Shown: piece by piece, positions 1-12,471 of the stretch | Layout of the letters: each line of letters begins with the position of its first letter | Numbering within the stretch: position 1 is the stretch's first letter | Assembly (NCBI RefSeq): GCF_001194135.2 | Contig: NC_069001.1 | Span: 29,931,427-29,968,995 of the forward strand | Source: Octopus bimaculoides | Taxonomy: Eukaryota | Length of the DNA: 37,569 nt | Direction: 5' to 3' | The notes under the pieces: model-generated | The model's database searches: none | Seen by the model: only the letters and a program-made list of their open reading frames with translations | Told to the model about the DNA's origin: nothing | Program-made: the position numbers and the translations under genes

Positions 1-197
1 ATATATATATATATATATAAATAAATAATATATGAGTATATGCGTATATATGTACATGTATGTATATACGTTCATCCACATGTACATATAGATACATAAC
101 TGGGTACATGACGTGGCAAAAGAACAAGGACAAAAATACACACATGTACATATCGGGTGCGTGTGTGTGTGTGTGTGCTTGTGTGTTATTGTTCCTG

Positions 198-300
198 CGT
201 TTGTCCCCACCACTGTTTGTCAACGGGTGTCTCCGAGGTTACGTTCCAGCAATCTAGCGGTTCGGCAAAACGCGTCGACTGAATAACTACCAAGCTTAAA
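198..300 (+). mobile_element. Diverged 3' half of SINE family B
   Basis: After a (GT)n run: gtttgtccccaccact...tttacgttcc...tagcggttcggcaaaa...gaataactac. This matches the reverse complement of the family-B half at 24130-24305 (gtttacatcactgtaacttagtagtttagcaaa). Confidence 0.65.
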
Positions 301-1480
301 CAAAATTATAACAATCACTCGGTCCATTTGTTCCACTAAAATCTGCAGTGTACGCAACACTTTTTTGTATTGGTATAAGTTAACAGAATGCTGGGACTGA
401 ATATGAAAATCCATGACCATAGACATTCTAGCCCCTATTATTCAAACCCTTACGCCAACTAGTACAACATCAGAAAACGCCGACAATCCTTTGAAAAGAC
501 TAAGTTAAAACACACCGATTGGTATTCTTTTTAACAGATCTAACTTCACAGAACCTGCATCGTTCGTTAGTACACTGGATTGTCGAGATGACTAATTTTA
601 CGTCTGTTTTTCTGGGTGGGGGGTTCCAGTTACTGTTAAATCTGTTCTTCATTATACAATAAGTATCAGATACGGGGTGGCGTAGCCCTTACGTTAACGA
701 GATTTTTCATTTGACGTAAAAAGTTGAAATGTCGGAGAGAAATTCTTGTATTAACTAATTTTCCCTCAATAATTATTTGGAGGATCACTTTTGTATCTCC
801 TTCCTTCATCGGCCTGTCAGTTGATTTTAGAAATACTTCAGAGATTTAGTTTTTATTAAGGTACAATCGGATGAGTTTTTGCAATTGTTCGGTAAATCGC
901 AAAGGTGTCCTATTAGAAATATAACATGAAAATGAAGTCTTTTATAAGGAAGAAATTTACATGGACACATGATGAAAACCTATTGTATAATATTGATAAT
1001 CTCACTTTACACATCTTATTCACTACATCTGACAAAAGTGTGTTACGAAGAAAATGAAGACAACGAATATTACAATACAGCGATACAGCTGAGTGTTATA
1101 ATCACGTAAAAATCCGATGTATGATAAAAGAATTGTGTTGACAACGTTACGAACACAATTGTTCGAATATAACACTGTAGTAGACGACTATACAGTTATG
1201 TCATTTTAAATTATTTTATATTAGATAGTATCACGGACAATTATATCATTTTCAAAAGTATAGCAGACAAACATAATTTCATTGAAATTTATCACTTAGA
1301 CAATATCAGCCAAATACATTCACAATTAAACATACGCATACACATACACATAAATATGTTGAAATTCGCTTATATTTGCTTTCTCTTATGATTGGAGTTT
1401 CATAAACTGCAACCATACACTTACTTTCCTCTTTCAAATTCAGAAGTATGAAAGGTATTTGTAAAATAAATGAATTGAGA

Positions 1481-1494
1481 ACACATATACATAC

Positions 1495-1543
<49 letters not shown>

Positions 1544-1740
1544 TGTATATATGTATATATGTAAATATGTAAATACGTATATATGTAAATATGTATATAT
1601 GTAAATATGTAAATACGTATATATGTAAATACGTATATATGTATATATGTATCTATGTTTTGATGTACGTTTGCATGTATATATGAATGAGTGTGTATAT
1701 ATGTATAGTTGTATTATGTACATGTGTGTGTATGTAAGAA
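1481..1740. repeat. (TA)n microsatellite grading into a degenerate atatgtaaatacgt-type repeat
   Basis: Direct reading; it explains the YI/IY ORF 1421..1771. Confidence 0.9.
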
Positions 1741-2654
1741 CGTACGTGCATACAAGATTATGAATTCGCATTCATATAACTAATTATTGCTGCGCAAGTT
1801 TTGTAGGTAAAGGCCTCAAGGAAAAATTGGAAAAGCTGCGGGATTTTAAATTTGAAAATACAGACTTAACCATATAGGATATTATATCTCTGTTACTTTA
1901 ACAATTCTTCGAATCAGAAATCTTTAATTCTTGTACTGAATTTGCAAAATGAGAGAATTATTATCTAAAATGTATTTCCAGATATATTCTCAATGATGCA
2001 AATGTTAATATTTGTAAAAAGCTTTGTCTTCTAAATATCACGATGAATACTATGCTACCGGTCGTGAGAAAGATAATAATAGTTATTCTGCTTATAATGA
2101 TCAGGACGTTGATAACGCAAAGGCCATTAACAAGATAAGAAGAATGAAAGGCTTTGTTAGAGAAATATCTCCATTAATCAACAGTTTGTGAGATTTCGAT
2201 TACCTGATAGAGAAAATGTTATTGGGTGTATAAAACTAGTACCAGCTGTTAAAATAATTAGGGAGATCAATGGAATCATCTACAACCTAAAGGGCGAAGC
2301 CTGTAAATGAAGAAAACTCAATATTAGGCATAAAGTGATTTACAGAGAGAAACCCCGATACAACCTGTATGTACATGTGTATAGACGCAACGCAACAAAG
2401 CACGGATGATCTAGAAACTAACATTATAAATGCAATTTAATGTATAAACCTGTAATCAATACTCCTGTGATCAATTTCGTACGTATTCTAATCCGTTTTT
2501 TTCCTATGATACAGAATTTGAATATATTTAATAACGAGCTCGAGTATAGGATGTGTATAGTTATAGTACCCGACATCTCCTATCTATTTCCGACACGATA
2601 TTACTAGTAGCCAGACTTCTCGAAAGCCTTTCCCACATTGATGAGAATCGCACT

Positions 2655-2660
2655 CACACA

Positions 2661-2733
<73 letters not shown>
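2655..2733. repeat. (CA)n microsatellite
   Basis: Uninterrupted CA run; source of the HT/VC ORFs. Confidence 0.97.
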
Positions 2734-2735
<2 letters not shown>

Positions 2736-2805
2736 ATATATATATATGCATATATACATGTATGTATACGGACAAAAAGCCATTATGAATTATTATAATA
2801 ATAAT

Positions 2806-3061
2806 GGTGATGAAACGAGGGAAGCTTGTCAGTACAGAAGCCGTGTGGTTGCCAAATGTTTAAATGATAAAGGCAGTAGTGAGAAATGGTTACGGTTGCA
2901 GGAAGGAAAGCTGAAGAGGGAGACAGAAATTTGTGATTAGGTGCACAAGATTTAGCATTAATTGGATGAAAGCCAAGCTAGACAAAAACCAAGTAGATTC
3001 CCAATGTAAATATGCAAATCAAAAGAGGGATGCGTTACTCATATAGTAAGTGAACGTAGCA
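2806..3061 (+). mobile_element. R4/Dong-clade non-LTR retrotransposon relic, part 1 (late RT piece fused to the pre-zinc-knuckle/CCHC region)
   Basis: Frames give VMKRGKLVSTEAVWLP (RT C-terminal motif), WLRLQEGKLKRETE, AQDLALI, WMKAKLDKNQVDSQC and a degenerate C-x2-C..THIVSE. These are hallmark R4-clade motifs, broken by frameshifts and stops. Confidence 0.8.
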
Positions 3062-3303
3062 TTCTTATTTCTTATTTCTTTATTGCCCACAAGGGGCTAA
3101 ACAAAGAAGGGACAAACAAGGACAGACAAAAGGATTAAACCGATTATATAGACTCCAGTGCGTAACTGGTACTTAATTTATCGACCCCGGAAGGATGAAA
3201 GGCAAAATCACCCTCGGCGGAATTTGAACTCAGAACGTAACGACAGACGAAATACTGCTAAGCATTGCGCCCGGCGAGCTAACGATTCTGCCAGCTCGCC
3301 GCC
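3062..3303 (-). mobile_element. SINE family A (tRNA-derived head), full length, inserted into the R4 relic
   Basis: Minus strand starts ggcggcgagctggcagaatcgttagc (A-box-like), with gagttcaaattccgcc (B-box), the core tttgcctttcatccttccggggtcgataaattaagtaccagttacgcactgg and an (aaataag)n-like tail. Confidence 0.9.
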
Positions 3304-3345
3304 TTTCTGGCACAGAAAGAATACAAAGCATGACCAATAAAACAA
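3304..3345 (+). mobile_element. R4/Dong relic, part 2 (continuation after the SINE)
   Basis: ctggcacagaaagaatacaaagcatgac = LAQKEYK..HD, the motif that follows the CCHC knuckle in R4-clade ORFs. Confidence 0.7.
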
Positions 3346-3413
3346 TTGTCAGCTGACGCTATGCATCATGCTCAGCAATATAAGCTGTGAGTTTTAATAC
3401 AAGAAGAAGAAGC

Positions 3414-3575
3414 GGGGCTTCAATGAGGGTGGAGCACTTGCAGAAAACAGCCCTACTTGGAACCGCTCGAATACTCCGGAAGATGTTCGAAAATTAAGGG
3501 GTATTGCCTTAGTTCACTGGTAGTGAACAGCTGACACTGTAGTACATCTCCAGCGTTAGAAGCTGTGCAAAAGTA
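3414..3575 (+). mobile_element. R4/Dong relic, part 3 (ORF C-terminus and 3' UTR)
   Basis: GASMRVEHLQKTALLGTARILRKMFEN* fits the R4-clade C-terminal Q-K-x2-L-L-G-T-A-x-I-L-R motif; a short UTR and an AAT/GAT tail follow. Confidence 0.85.
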
Positions 3576-3810
3576 GTAATGACCGTAATAATGAGGAGGG
3601 GGGAGGAGGATAATAATAATGATGAAAATAATGAGGAGAAGAAAAGAAAACAATAAAAATGATGATGACGATGATGATGATGAGGATAATAATAATGATA
3701 ATAATAATAATGAGAAGAAGAAAAGAAAACAATAAAAATGATGACGATGATAATAATAATAAGGAGAAGAAGAAAGGAAAACAATAAAAATGATGATGAT
3801 GATGATCTGT
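3576..3810. repeat. AAT/GAT trinucleotide tail containing a three-copy higher-order repeat
   Basis: agaagaaaagaaaacaataaaaatgatga recurs at about 3637, 3716 and (variant) 3768. Confidence 0.85.
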
Positions 3811-5512
3811 TATCTAAACATATTTTCGAGACTATGCTTTCTACCATATTATGTTGCTTTTGCTAAAAGAATATACTACACCATTCGAGGATAAAGTTGT
3901 CTTTGTTTATGTATAAACAGCTTATTCTAAAATACATATTTGTACATTCCCATGAAACACTCTAAAGGTACATAAAATAGCAAAACTGATATACTTATTT
4001 GAGACAGTAAAAGTTGATGATTTGCAGAAAAGTATTTACCTGTCCGGCCGATGAGAATGTTTTCCAAATTCAACAAGAAGGTGTATGTATTCGAAATTTG
4101 CAGCTGGAACCCCGTAATTATAAGTTTACATTAATAATCAATTTTGCACCTGGTTGTGTTTGCAAATATCTAAGTGTGAATCTGAAATATCTAAAACTTT
4201 CAAACATAGAAAAAGACAATATTAAAAAAAAAATAGGCAGGTAGGACAGGTAAGTAGATCATTAAATGATTGAGATAAATTCTCAGCGTGCAATATCTAA
4301 GAATTTTTGTTGTTCTTATCCATATTGCTGTGAGGGCGGTTTTGTTTCTTAGTTTAAATTAATGCATGTCCTTCTAGGAAGAATGCGTACTTGGATAAAT
4401 AATTGCATATGCATACATATAAACGACCATGCATACACACATACAAGGTTATAAAGTTACGTTCGTAAAGATATTAATTGGTTCACATGTTTATGTGGAT
4501 AAACACCTAATGAAATATTCTGGAAAAGCTATTGTTTTCAGAGAAAGAAATTACGCTGCCAATACTCTCACTAGTAATAGAACCAGATAGTGGAACAGTA
4601 ACAATACGAAAGGCTTTTCTGCTTCAAAATATTACTCTTTATTGTTATCCATACTTCAACAACGGAGCTTTGAATCTTTCTTAGAAATTAACTTCTTCCT
4701 TACAGCCAGATTTCAAATAATTAGAAATAGAGGGGAACAGACAAACATACATGCATATATACATATGTGCATATATGAATATATACACACATACGTAAAA
4801 AAAAAATGCACAAATACATACTTACATATATACTTACAAACAAACAAACATGCATACATACGTTTAAAAAAAAAAGGAAGCTCTACGTCACAACCGGCAG
4901 AGACTACTCACGTTGTGTTATAAAGAGTGAAAATAATATTTCTAATATAGATTCTGTAACAATATTTATCTATCTTCACAAATTACATTTCTAACAGCAT
5001 AAATGTAATTTATTCATTGGCGTATATTGGATTTTTCCCCATTTTCCATTGTTTTCACACATGTATGTGAGTGAACGTGTGTGTATGTTTGTATGTCTAC
5101 TTGTATTAATGTACGTATGCATGTGATTATTTTAGTAATTATTAAATATTATATAAAATGGGCTTTGTTGTTTTCTATACTTTTTAAACATTTTAGTGAA
5201 CATTCCTAATAATTAATTTAGTATATGTGTTATTAGCATGATTCCTGATGTTTGCATATATTTTATTTTTTTATTTTCTACGTCTTGTTGTTGGTATTCT
5301 TTTTGTTGTTTAGAGTATTTTGTCAGTTGCTTATAACTATTTCTTTCTTAATAATTTTGCCTAGTATGGTGCTGATTTCAACGTTGATGTACACAGAAAT
5401 GTGTATTTACTTAAAACAGAATCAAAAAGCGATGTGTTATTTGTCGTATATTAAATTACTTATTTGCATATTGGCATTTACGTAATTTTATATGCGTCCT
5501 TGTGAGATTCTG

Positions 5513-5518
<6 letters not shown>

Positions 5519-5553
<35 letters not shown>

Positions 5554-5560
5554 GACATAT

Positions 5561-5604
<44 letters not shown>

Positions 5605-5670
5605 GTATTTACATAAATGTATATATATATAATGTATTTACATAAATGTATATATATATAATGTATTTAC
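5519..5670. repeat. (TA)n plus a short aatgtatttacataaatgt(at)n tandem repeat running into a gap
   Basis: Direct reading; the N gap 5671-5802 follows. Confidence 0.9.
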
Positions 5671-8178
5671 NNNNNNNNNNNNNNNNNNNNNNNNNNNNNN
5701 NNNNNNNNNNNNNNNNNNNNNNNNNNNNNNNNNNNNNNNNNNNNNNNNNNNNNNNNNNNNNNNNNNNNNNNNNNNNNNNNNNNNNNNNNNNNNNNNNNNN
5801 NNTGTAATGTGTTATTTTTGTGTGTGCCTTTGTTTGCTTTATATTTTCTTCATTTGAAATATCTGGAAAATTATATTTTCAGATTGTACATAACACAATA
5901 TCGTTAATATTGTAAAATAGATGCTTGTTACCGATCGCAGAAAATGCAGGAGATGGCATAGAGATGCCTCAAATCACATCGCAAAATCTTAATATCATAA
6001 CAAAATTCGTTACTTTTAGTTACGGTATATCACGGAAAACTGATAAAGAAAATGTTAGAATCGTTGGATATTTATTTTCTTTATAACTAGAACAGTGGAT
6101 GGGTTGGAGCAATAAATCGTCAGATCGAAGGACCAGTGAAATACGGTGGTCCAATCACTTTACCTTATAGATTAAGGTATTCCACATTCGTAAGATATAA
6201 CAATTAGTCTAATTGTTACGGAACTAATCTCGTAAAAAATATAAGATATCTAAGATAGTCGTCTGAAATTATGGGCGTTCAACTAATATTTACGAAACCA
6301 TATGAAAGAAAAGAAGATTTGTACAATCCACAAGCCATGCTTAAAAAACATCAGTCCGTGTAACTAATATTCTTTAGAGATTTCAATATCTCCCAGTTCA
6401 TATTCTTTAACAAACGACATTTTTATAATCCAGATATGACTGGAGATTATATATAATGGGTTAACACGTAGCCAAAGTTATTCATAAGGAGAAAAGGACG
6501 AAACATATTAGCAGCGTGTAGAATAGTTTCTTAAGGAATAATGACGCCTATTTCTGTCGGGTAAAACTATTTCAAAGTGACTTGTAGCGAATCAGTAAAC
6601 ATTGTTGAGCAAATTAACATGATTCACAACTGGTTAATATAATAATTAAACCTATGGTGAAACAGTGACCATAACAAGACTATAATCAATATATGTAGCA
6701 CGCTGAGTGTCATGCACAAATCTGCAAATACAGAAAGTTGTTACTACACAACGTTCAATTTATTAAATATGTTGAGCCGTTTTAAAGTTTCTGTTTGAAC
6801 GTCTAGGCGAATATTTACCTCTTTTTACGCATGTAGCTACAACACTACCTGGTCTTCGAAAATAAACGTACGGTTAATCATTTACAGTATATGGATAATG
6901 GCATGTCACAGTCTTCTGACATTCCTCTCTCATTAGGCTTAATTTATTGCAACATTTTTAGTCCACAAATGCAATTTTGCCAAATATTTTGTAAGAAATA
7001 TGCAGTACAGAATATGCATGTAGCGCATCAAATCCAACATTTTATAACACTGATGTAATGGTCGTTGCAGGAAAATTCGCTTCAATTAAGGCCATGTGTT
7101 TATTCTCTGCCATTGAAATGGACAGCGTGAGAATGTGTTTAATGTATTTTTGCCCCTCTGAATCGGATGTGGTAGCTTAATCTGGAATTCTCTGTAACTA
7201 TTTTAAATTGCATTATTGTAGAAAAGTCACATATTCTTCTACAAAAAGAAAAATGTTTAAATGTATTTTGATATAACTTCGTTGCCTTCAACGGCGGTTA
7301 CAGGATGGCACACATCGAAAAGTTGTGGGCTTAAAAAACATAGTGAAAATAAGAGGAAATTCAAAATGTCAAAGCAAATGTTAAACCTTCTACCATTGCT
7401 TTTTTGGATCCTGCACATATCATCCAGTGCTGCAATTTGTCTTCATTTTGCACACTTTTCTCATAGGACATGTGTCGTAGTTTTGTCATTATTTTAATGT
7501 TATATGATCGATTTCCATCCCAAGTTTAATCTTTATATTGTCTGTAAAATTTGCTAGGTTCTGTTTTAGTTTCACTTCAGTTATCTGATATCGCCACTAC
7601 TGCGTCATACGAAGAGAGTAACAATCAATATATTGTGCTTATGTCGTATAGCTGTTAAACTTAAATTTTCCATCATATTTTACGACGCATTTCATTTATC
7701 GCACATTTGATTCTTTATTCTCATTTCCATATTTAGTTGCACAAGTCAAATCTGTCTATCTCTCTCTCTCTCTTCTTACCTGGTCAAAATATTATTCTGT
7801 GTTGAATTAAAGGTAATATATTCTAAATACAATCAACATTCCATAGTCTGCCTACATAAATGTACGATGCAGTTACATGTATTATAACTGGGTGATATAA
7901 AATATTGATGACTTTCAAATTTATTTTGCATTCAAGACTGTTTTAATTATCTAATCTCAGCAGTTTTAGCATATTCTTCTCATCTCCCGCTATCTTCATT
8001 TGTTGCTGTTTTCTAGTCGTATAAATTTCTGATAATCTCTAATATTAGTAAAAATCTGTATAACGTATATAGGAGCTTATCAACGTTAAGTTGCTATTTC
8101 AGGAAGCACAACTGGGAGCAATATCTTGTTGCGTGAATGATTACATGCCATGTAAATATTATTTTCCTCATAACGCAT

Positions 8179-8215
<37 letters not shown>

Positions 8216-8290
8216 GTAATTGTTGTTATTAGTCGTAGCAGTGTTACTGTTGTTTTTGCTATCATCTTCGTAATCATCATTCTCATCATC
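8179..8290. repeat. (ACT)n microsatellite and degenerate TTG/CAT triplets
   Basis: About 12 perfect ACT units followed by mixed triplets. Confidence 0.92.
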
Positions 8291-9086
8291 AAATCTCTTA
8301 AGCATAACTAGCACCTTTGTTATTTTTTGTCTGAGGAAAGCGGCGTATTGTTCGAATTCAGGTTTGAGGGCGGACCCACAATGGCCGTGGTTCAATGATC
8401 GAAAGAAGTATACTACAGGAGCTAATAGATAAATTTACCCACTTTCGTGGTAAAAATAAATCATGCTCCAACTTGAAACGGCCAGCCATATGACGTCCTC
8501 TGTCATGCTCTATTTCCCCGAGAGCAGCGTTAAGTTTACGCGTCTGTAGAGTGCTCAAAAATTTACACAATAAATTTCACGGGCAGGGTCTTTTTTTCCC
8601 GCTTATCGGATCAAATAAAACACTCATCGTTGCAGCCGACGGAGTGGCAGTTAAAAATCCAGTTTTGTATATTGTTGACACTGTATTTCCTTCATTTTCA
8701 TGCTTGAAAATGGAGTTATTGTCTCTTCCATTATTTCAAGTATTAATATTTTGCATGACTTTGTGCTACCCAAAGGATTTGTACATTTCTTCACATAAAC
8801 ATAATTGAAATAATTTAAGCGTTCTTCTTACAATTACAATCAATTTTCTGTAAGAGATAGAAAAATATGCACAATTAATACACAAATTTTACTTCATTTA
8901 ACAATGGAATTCTCCCAGAATAATTGACATCGCATAATTTTTGCACAAGTGTATATTAACATTGTTGAAAGAGCAATTTGCTAAGAAATGTTCTAGAGCA
9001 ACGAAGTCCGGTATTAATTAATCACTATTAAATTATATCGAGATTAGTTCCCAATAGATATTCTCTTTATTATTATGCACCAACAA

Positions 9087-9235
9087 GGCGGTGAGCTGAT
9101 AGAAACGTTAGCACACCGGACGATATGATTTGCGGTATTTCGTCTGCCTTTACGTTCTGAGTTCAAATTCCGTCGATATCGACTTTGCCTTTGATATTTT
9201 CGGGTTCGATAAATTAAGTACCAGTTGCGTACTGG
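9087..9235 (+). mobile_element. SINE family A, 3'-truncated
   Basis: ggcggtgagctgatagaaacgttagc...gagttcaaattccgtcgatatcgactttgcc...tcgataaattaagtaccagttgcgtactgg; colinear with the copy at 21229. Confidence 0.9.
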
Positions 9236-9816
9236 ACACAATTGCATCATTATCATACAGAACATCATTTCTCATTATAATGTAAAAAGAAAATATGGTT
9301 GCTATCCTACTCATTGGCTCTATAGAATGAAAGTTGGTAAGACACAGGACGTCTAGCCATCTCATTATATTTAGCCGGAGACTGAATTGTGAAGAACGTT
9401 TCATGAAATTGTTAAATCAGAGAAAGAAAAGTGGAGAGTAAAGGAACTTACGAGAACAACATGTAGTTGTTTGACCTGCGTAAATGAGGAACGAAAACAG
9501 CACACGAGAAAATATATTTCATTTTTAAGAAATTACTAAGATTCATTAAAAAGATTTTAAAGAGATTTCAAAGACTGATTAAATTTCACGTGTAGGGATA
9601 TATATATATATGNNNNNNNNNNNNNNNNNNNNNNNNNNNNNNNNNNNNNNNNNNNNNNNNNNNNNNNNNNNNNNNNNNNNNNNNNNNNNNNNNNNNNNNN
9701 NNNNNNNNNNNNNNNNNNNNNNNNNNNNNNNNNNNNNNNNNNNNNNNNNNNNNNNNNNNNNNNNNNNNNNNNNNNNNNNNNNNNNNNNNNNNNNNNNNNN
9801 NNNNNNNNNNNNNNNN

Positions 9817-9864
<48 letters not shown>

Positions 9865-11517
9865 ATATATATTTTATGTGTGTATAATTTCCTAAGATAC
9901 ACACCAATTTTTCTTAGGAAAATATTTGTATTATATTTGAGATAAATAACTCGCAATTGTCTACGTGTTTGTGTTGGGAAAGTCACGATAACGTTAAATG
10001 CCTTCGGATATATCGGCGACGCAACATGTAAATATTTCGATATCCAGACGATAACTCCACAAAAACTTCTCAAATTCAACAGAAGATTTACGTTCATATA
10101 TATGAAAGTGCTAAACCTTCATTATCAACGTGAATAATTAATTAATAGATGAGATGTCTCAATATCTGTAATAAATAAAAAAAAATGCATATAGATAACC
10201 TAAATGATGTATCGTTATCTAGGTGTAAGAAATCTTCAAGTGAATTTATTTGAACATACTATTAATCAACGATCTGTATTTACCAATGTTTCAGGAGAAT
10301 ATGGGAAAGAATTACGAGTATATATCTCTATTTAAAATCTACAGATATGAAATCAAAATGTTCCAATCAATCAACGTAATTTATATTCAGAAAACCAACT
10401 AATGTGATAGAGTTGAAACGAAAATAGTTCACAGATAAAAGTTTATGCGCTCCCGGAAGATTTCATAAAATGCCGTATGAATTAGATTCATTTCTAAATC
10501 TAAAAGAGTAACAAAATAACAAATAAATACATATACAATTATGGAAAACGCAAGGTACTGAAAGAAGCATTAAATTTTATATATTTAATTAGATTCCCAA
10601 TTATACTATATATATATATATTTCCGCTAAAAATATTTGAATGCATATTCCTGTAACTATTTTATTTTAAGCAGTAACGGCCACGTGACAAGCAGTGGAA
10701 CATGTCACACACTTGAGGACGCTGGAATTATAGCGGTTTTTATGATTGTCAGAAAATAGCTAGATTATTTGGAAATTCAATAATTTGACATGAATTCAAT
10801 CTGTGTGTAAAATCTATATAATTGAAAGCACGTCATGTTCATTGTTTGTCGTTAAGAAATGAATTTAAGTTGTGACCATAAATGTATTATAGATAATTTT
10901 TCCCCGAGTTTTAACGAGAGAAATTTTTCGTGCAACCGGTTCAAAGAAATAAATTGACTGAAAGATTATATATAAAGGTCTCTTTCTCTCTGTTTCGCTC
11001 TTTCTCTCTCACATACACACACGCGCACACATACTCCATCTCTCTCTTTATATATACGTGTGTATTCATATTCATATATTCAATTATATTTATGTGTAAG
11101 TATTATATCATGTACGTATATATATNNNNNNNNNNNNNNNNNNNNNNNNNNNNNNNNNNNNNNNNNNNNNNNNNNNNNNNNNNNNNNNNNNNNNNNNNNN
11201 NNNNNNNNNNNNNNNNNNNNNNNNNNNNNNNNNNNNNNNNNNNNNNNNNNNNNNNNNNNNNNNNNNNNNNNNNNNNNNNNNNNNNNNNNNNNNNNNNNNN
11301 NNNNNNNNNNNNNNNNNNNNNNNNNNNNNNNNNNNNNNNNNNNNNNNNNNNNNNNNNNNNNNNNNNNNNNNNNNNNNNNNNNNNNNNNNNNNNNNNNNNN
11401 NNNNNNNNNNNNNNNNNNNNNNNNNNNNNNNNNNNNNNNNNNNNNNNNNNNNNNNNNNNNNNNNNNNNNNNNNNNNNNNNNNNNNNNNNNNNNNNNNNNN
11501 NNNNNNNNNNNNNNNNN

Positions 11518-11760
11518 TATATATAAATGCATATATATACGTATATATATATATATGCATATATATACGTATATATATATGCATATATATACGTATATAT
11601 ATATGCATATATATACGTATATATATATGCATATACATAACTATATATATATGCATATATATACGTATATATATATGCATATATATACGTATATATATAT
11701 ATGCATATACATAACTATATATATATGCATATGTATATATAGGTATATACATATATACGT
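11518..11760. repeat. TA-derived minisatellite with a ~20-24 bp unit (atatatatgcatatatatacgt)
   Basis: Unit repeated about 9 times with an atacataact variant; follows the gap 11126-11517. Confidence 0.9.
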
Positions 11761-12124
11761 GTGTCTATGTATTCATATCTAAAAGTACAATACGTGAAAG
11801 ATAAATGAGCCGAGGTAGGGAGAATTGACACTTACATTTATTTTGAATACGACATTCATTTTGGAATCATGATGGAATTCAATATTTATTCACATATGAC
11901 TTAATATAAAGTATATTTAATTTACCACTCACTAGAAAACATTTTATTGTATACCACATAAAATTAGGGAAATAAAAATTACTTGGACATTCGTCATCAG
12001 GAAGTTCGTGATAAACTGGTTGGGTTTTTCGCAATTTATAACCACCTTCACGCGAAAATAACAATAAAACCATCAGTCAACAAAAGTGCGATTAACATTA
12101 CTCAGATATCGAAATTTGTGCTTT

Positions 12125-12164
<40 letters not shown>

Positions 12165-12172
12165 AGGGATGT

Positions 12173-12395
12173 GGGCTGTGTGTTGTGTTCTTGAGTCAGA
12201 CACTTTATTTCACGTTGCTCCAGTTAACTTAGCTCTAGAAATGAGTTGCAACATCACTGGGGCCAAGCTATCTCGGCCTTTGCCTTTTCTTTGGGTAACA
12301 TCAGTGGTGTGCAGAGGGGAGACTGGAGTGCATAGGCGACTGCTGGTCATCCACAAACAATCTTGCCTGGACTTATGCATCGAAGGGTAATTTTC
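12173..12395 (+). mobile_element. SINE family C, 5'-truncated (V-SINE-like motif)
   Basis: gggctgtgtgttgtgttcttgagtcagacactttatttcacgttgctccag resembles the GTCCTTGRGCAAGRCACTT motif of V-type SINEs and is shared with 27095-27312; the body is GC-rich against the background. Confidence 0.7.
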
Positions 12396-12420
12396 CCTCC
12401 TCAAATGTATGTGTGTTTGA

Positions 12421-12471
<51 letters not shown>

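Noticed and set aside
2015-2190. 55-codon + frame (SKYHDEYYATGREKDNNSY...)
   Set aside because: Short, unrecognisable and without supporting splice sites.
8300-8720. GC-richer stretch with several 70-85 aa frames on both strands
   Set aside because: No recognisable domain, in-frame stops, and overlap with the triplet repeat at its left end.
11963-12030. Possible 63-bp minus-strand exon (GYKLRKTQPVYHELPDDECP)
   Set aside because: Weak AAG acceptor and weak donor; no family match.
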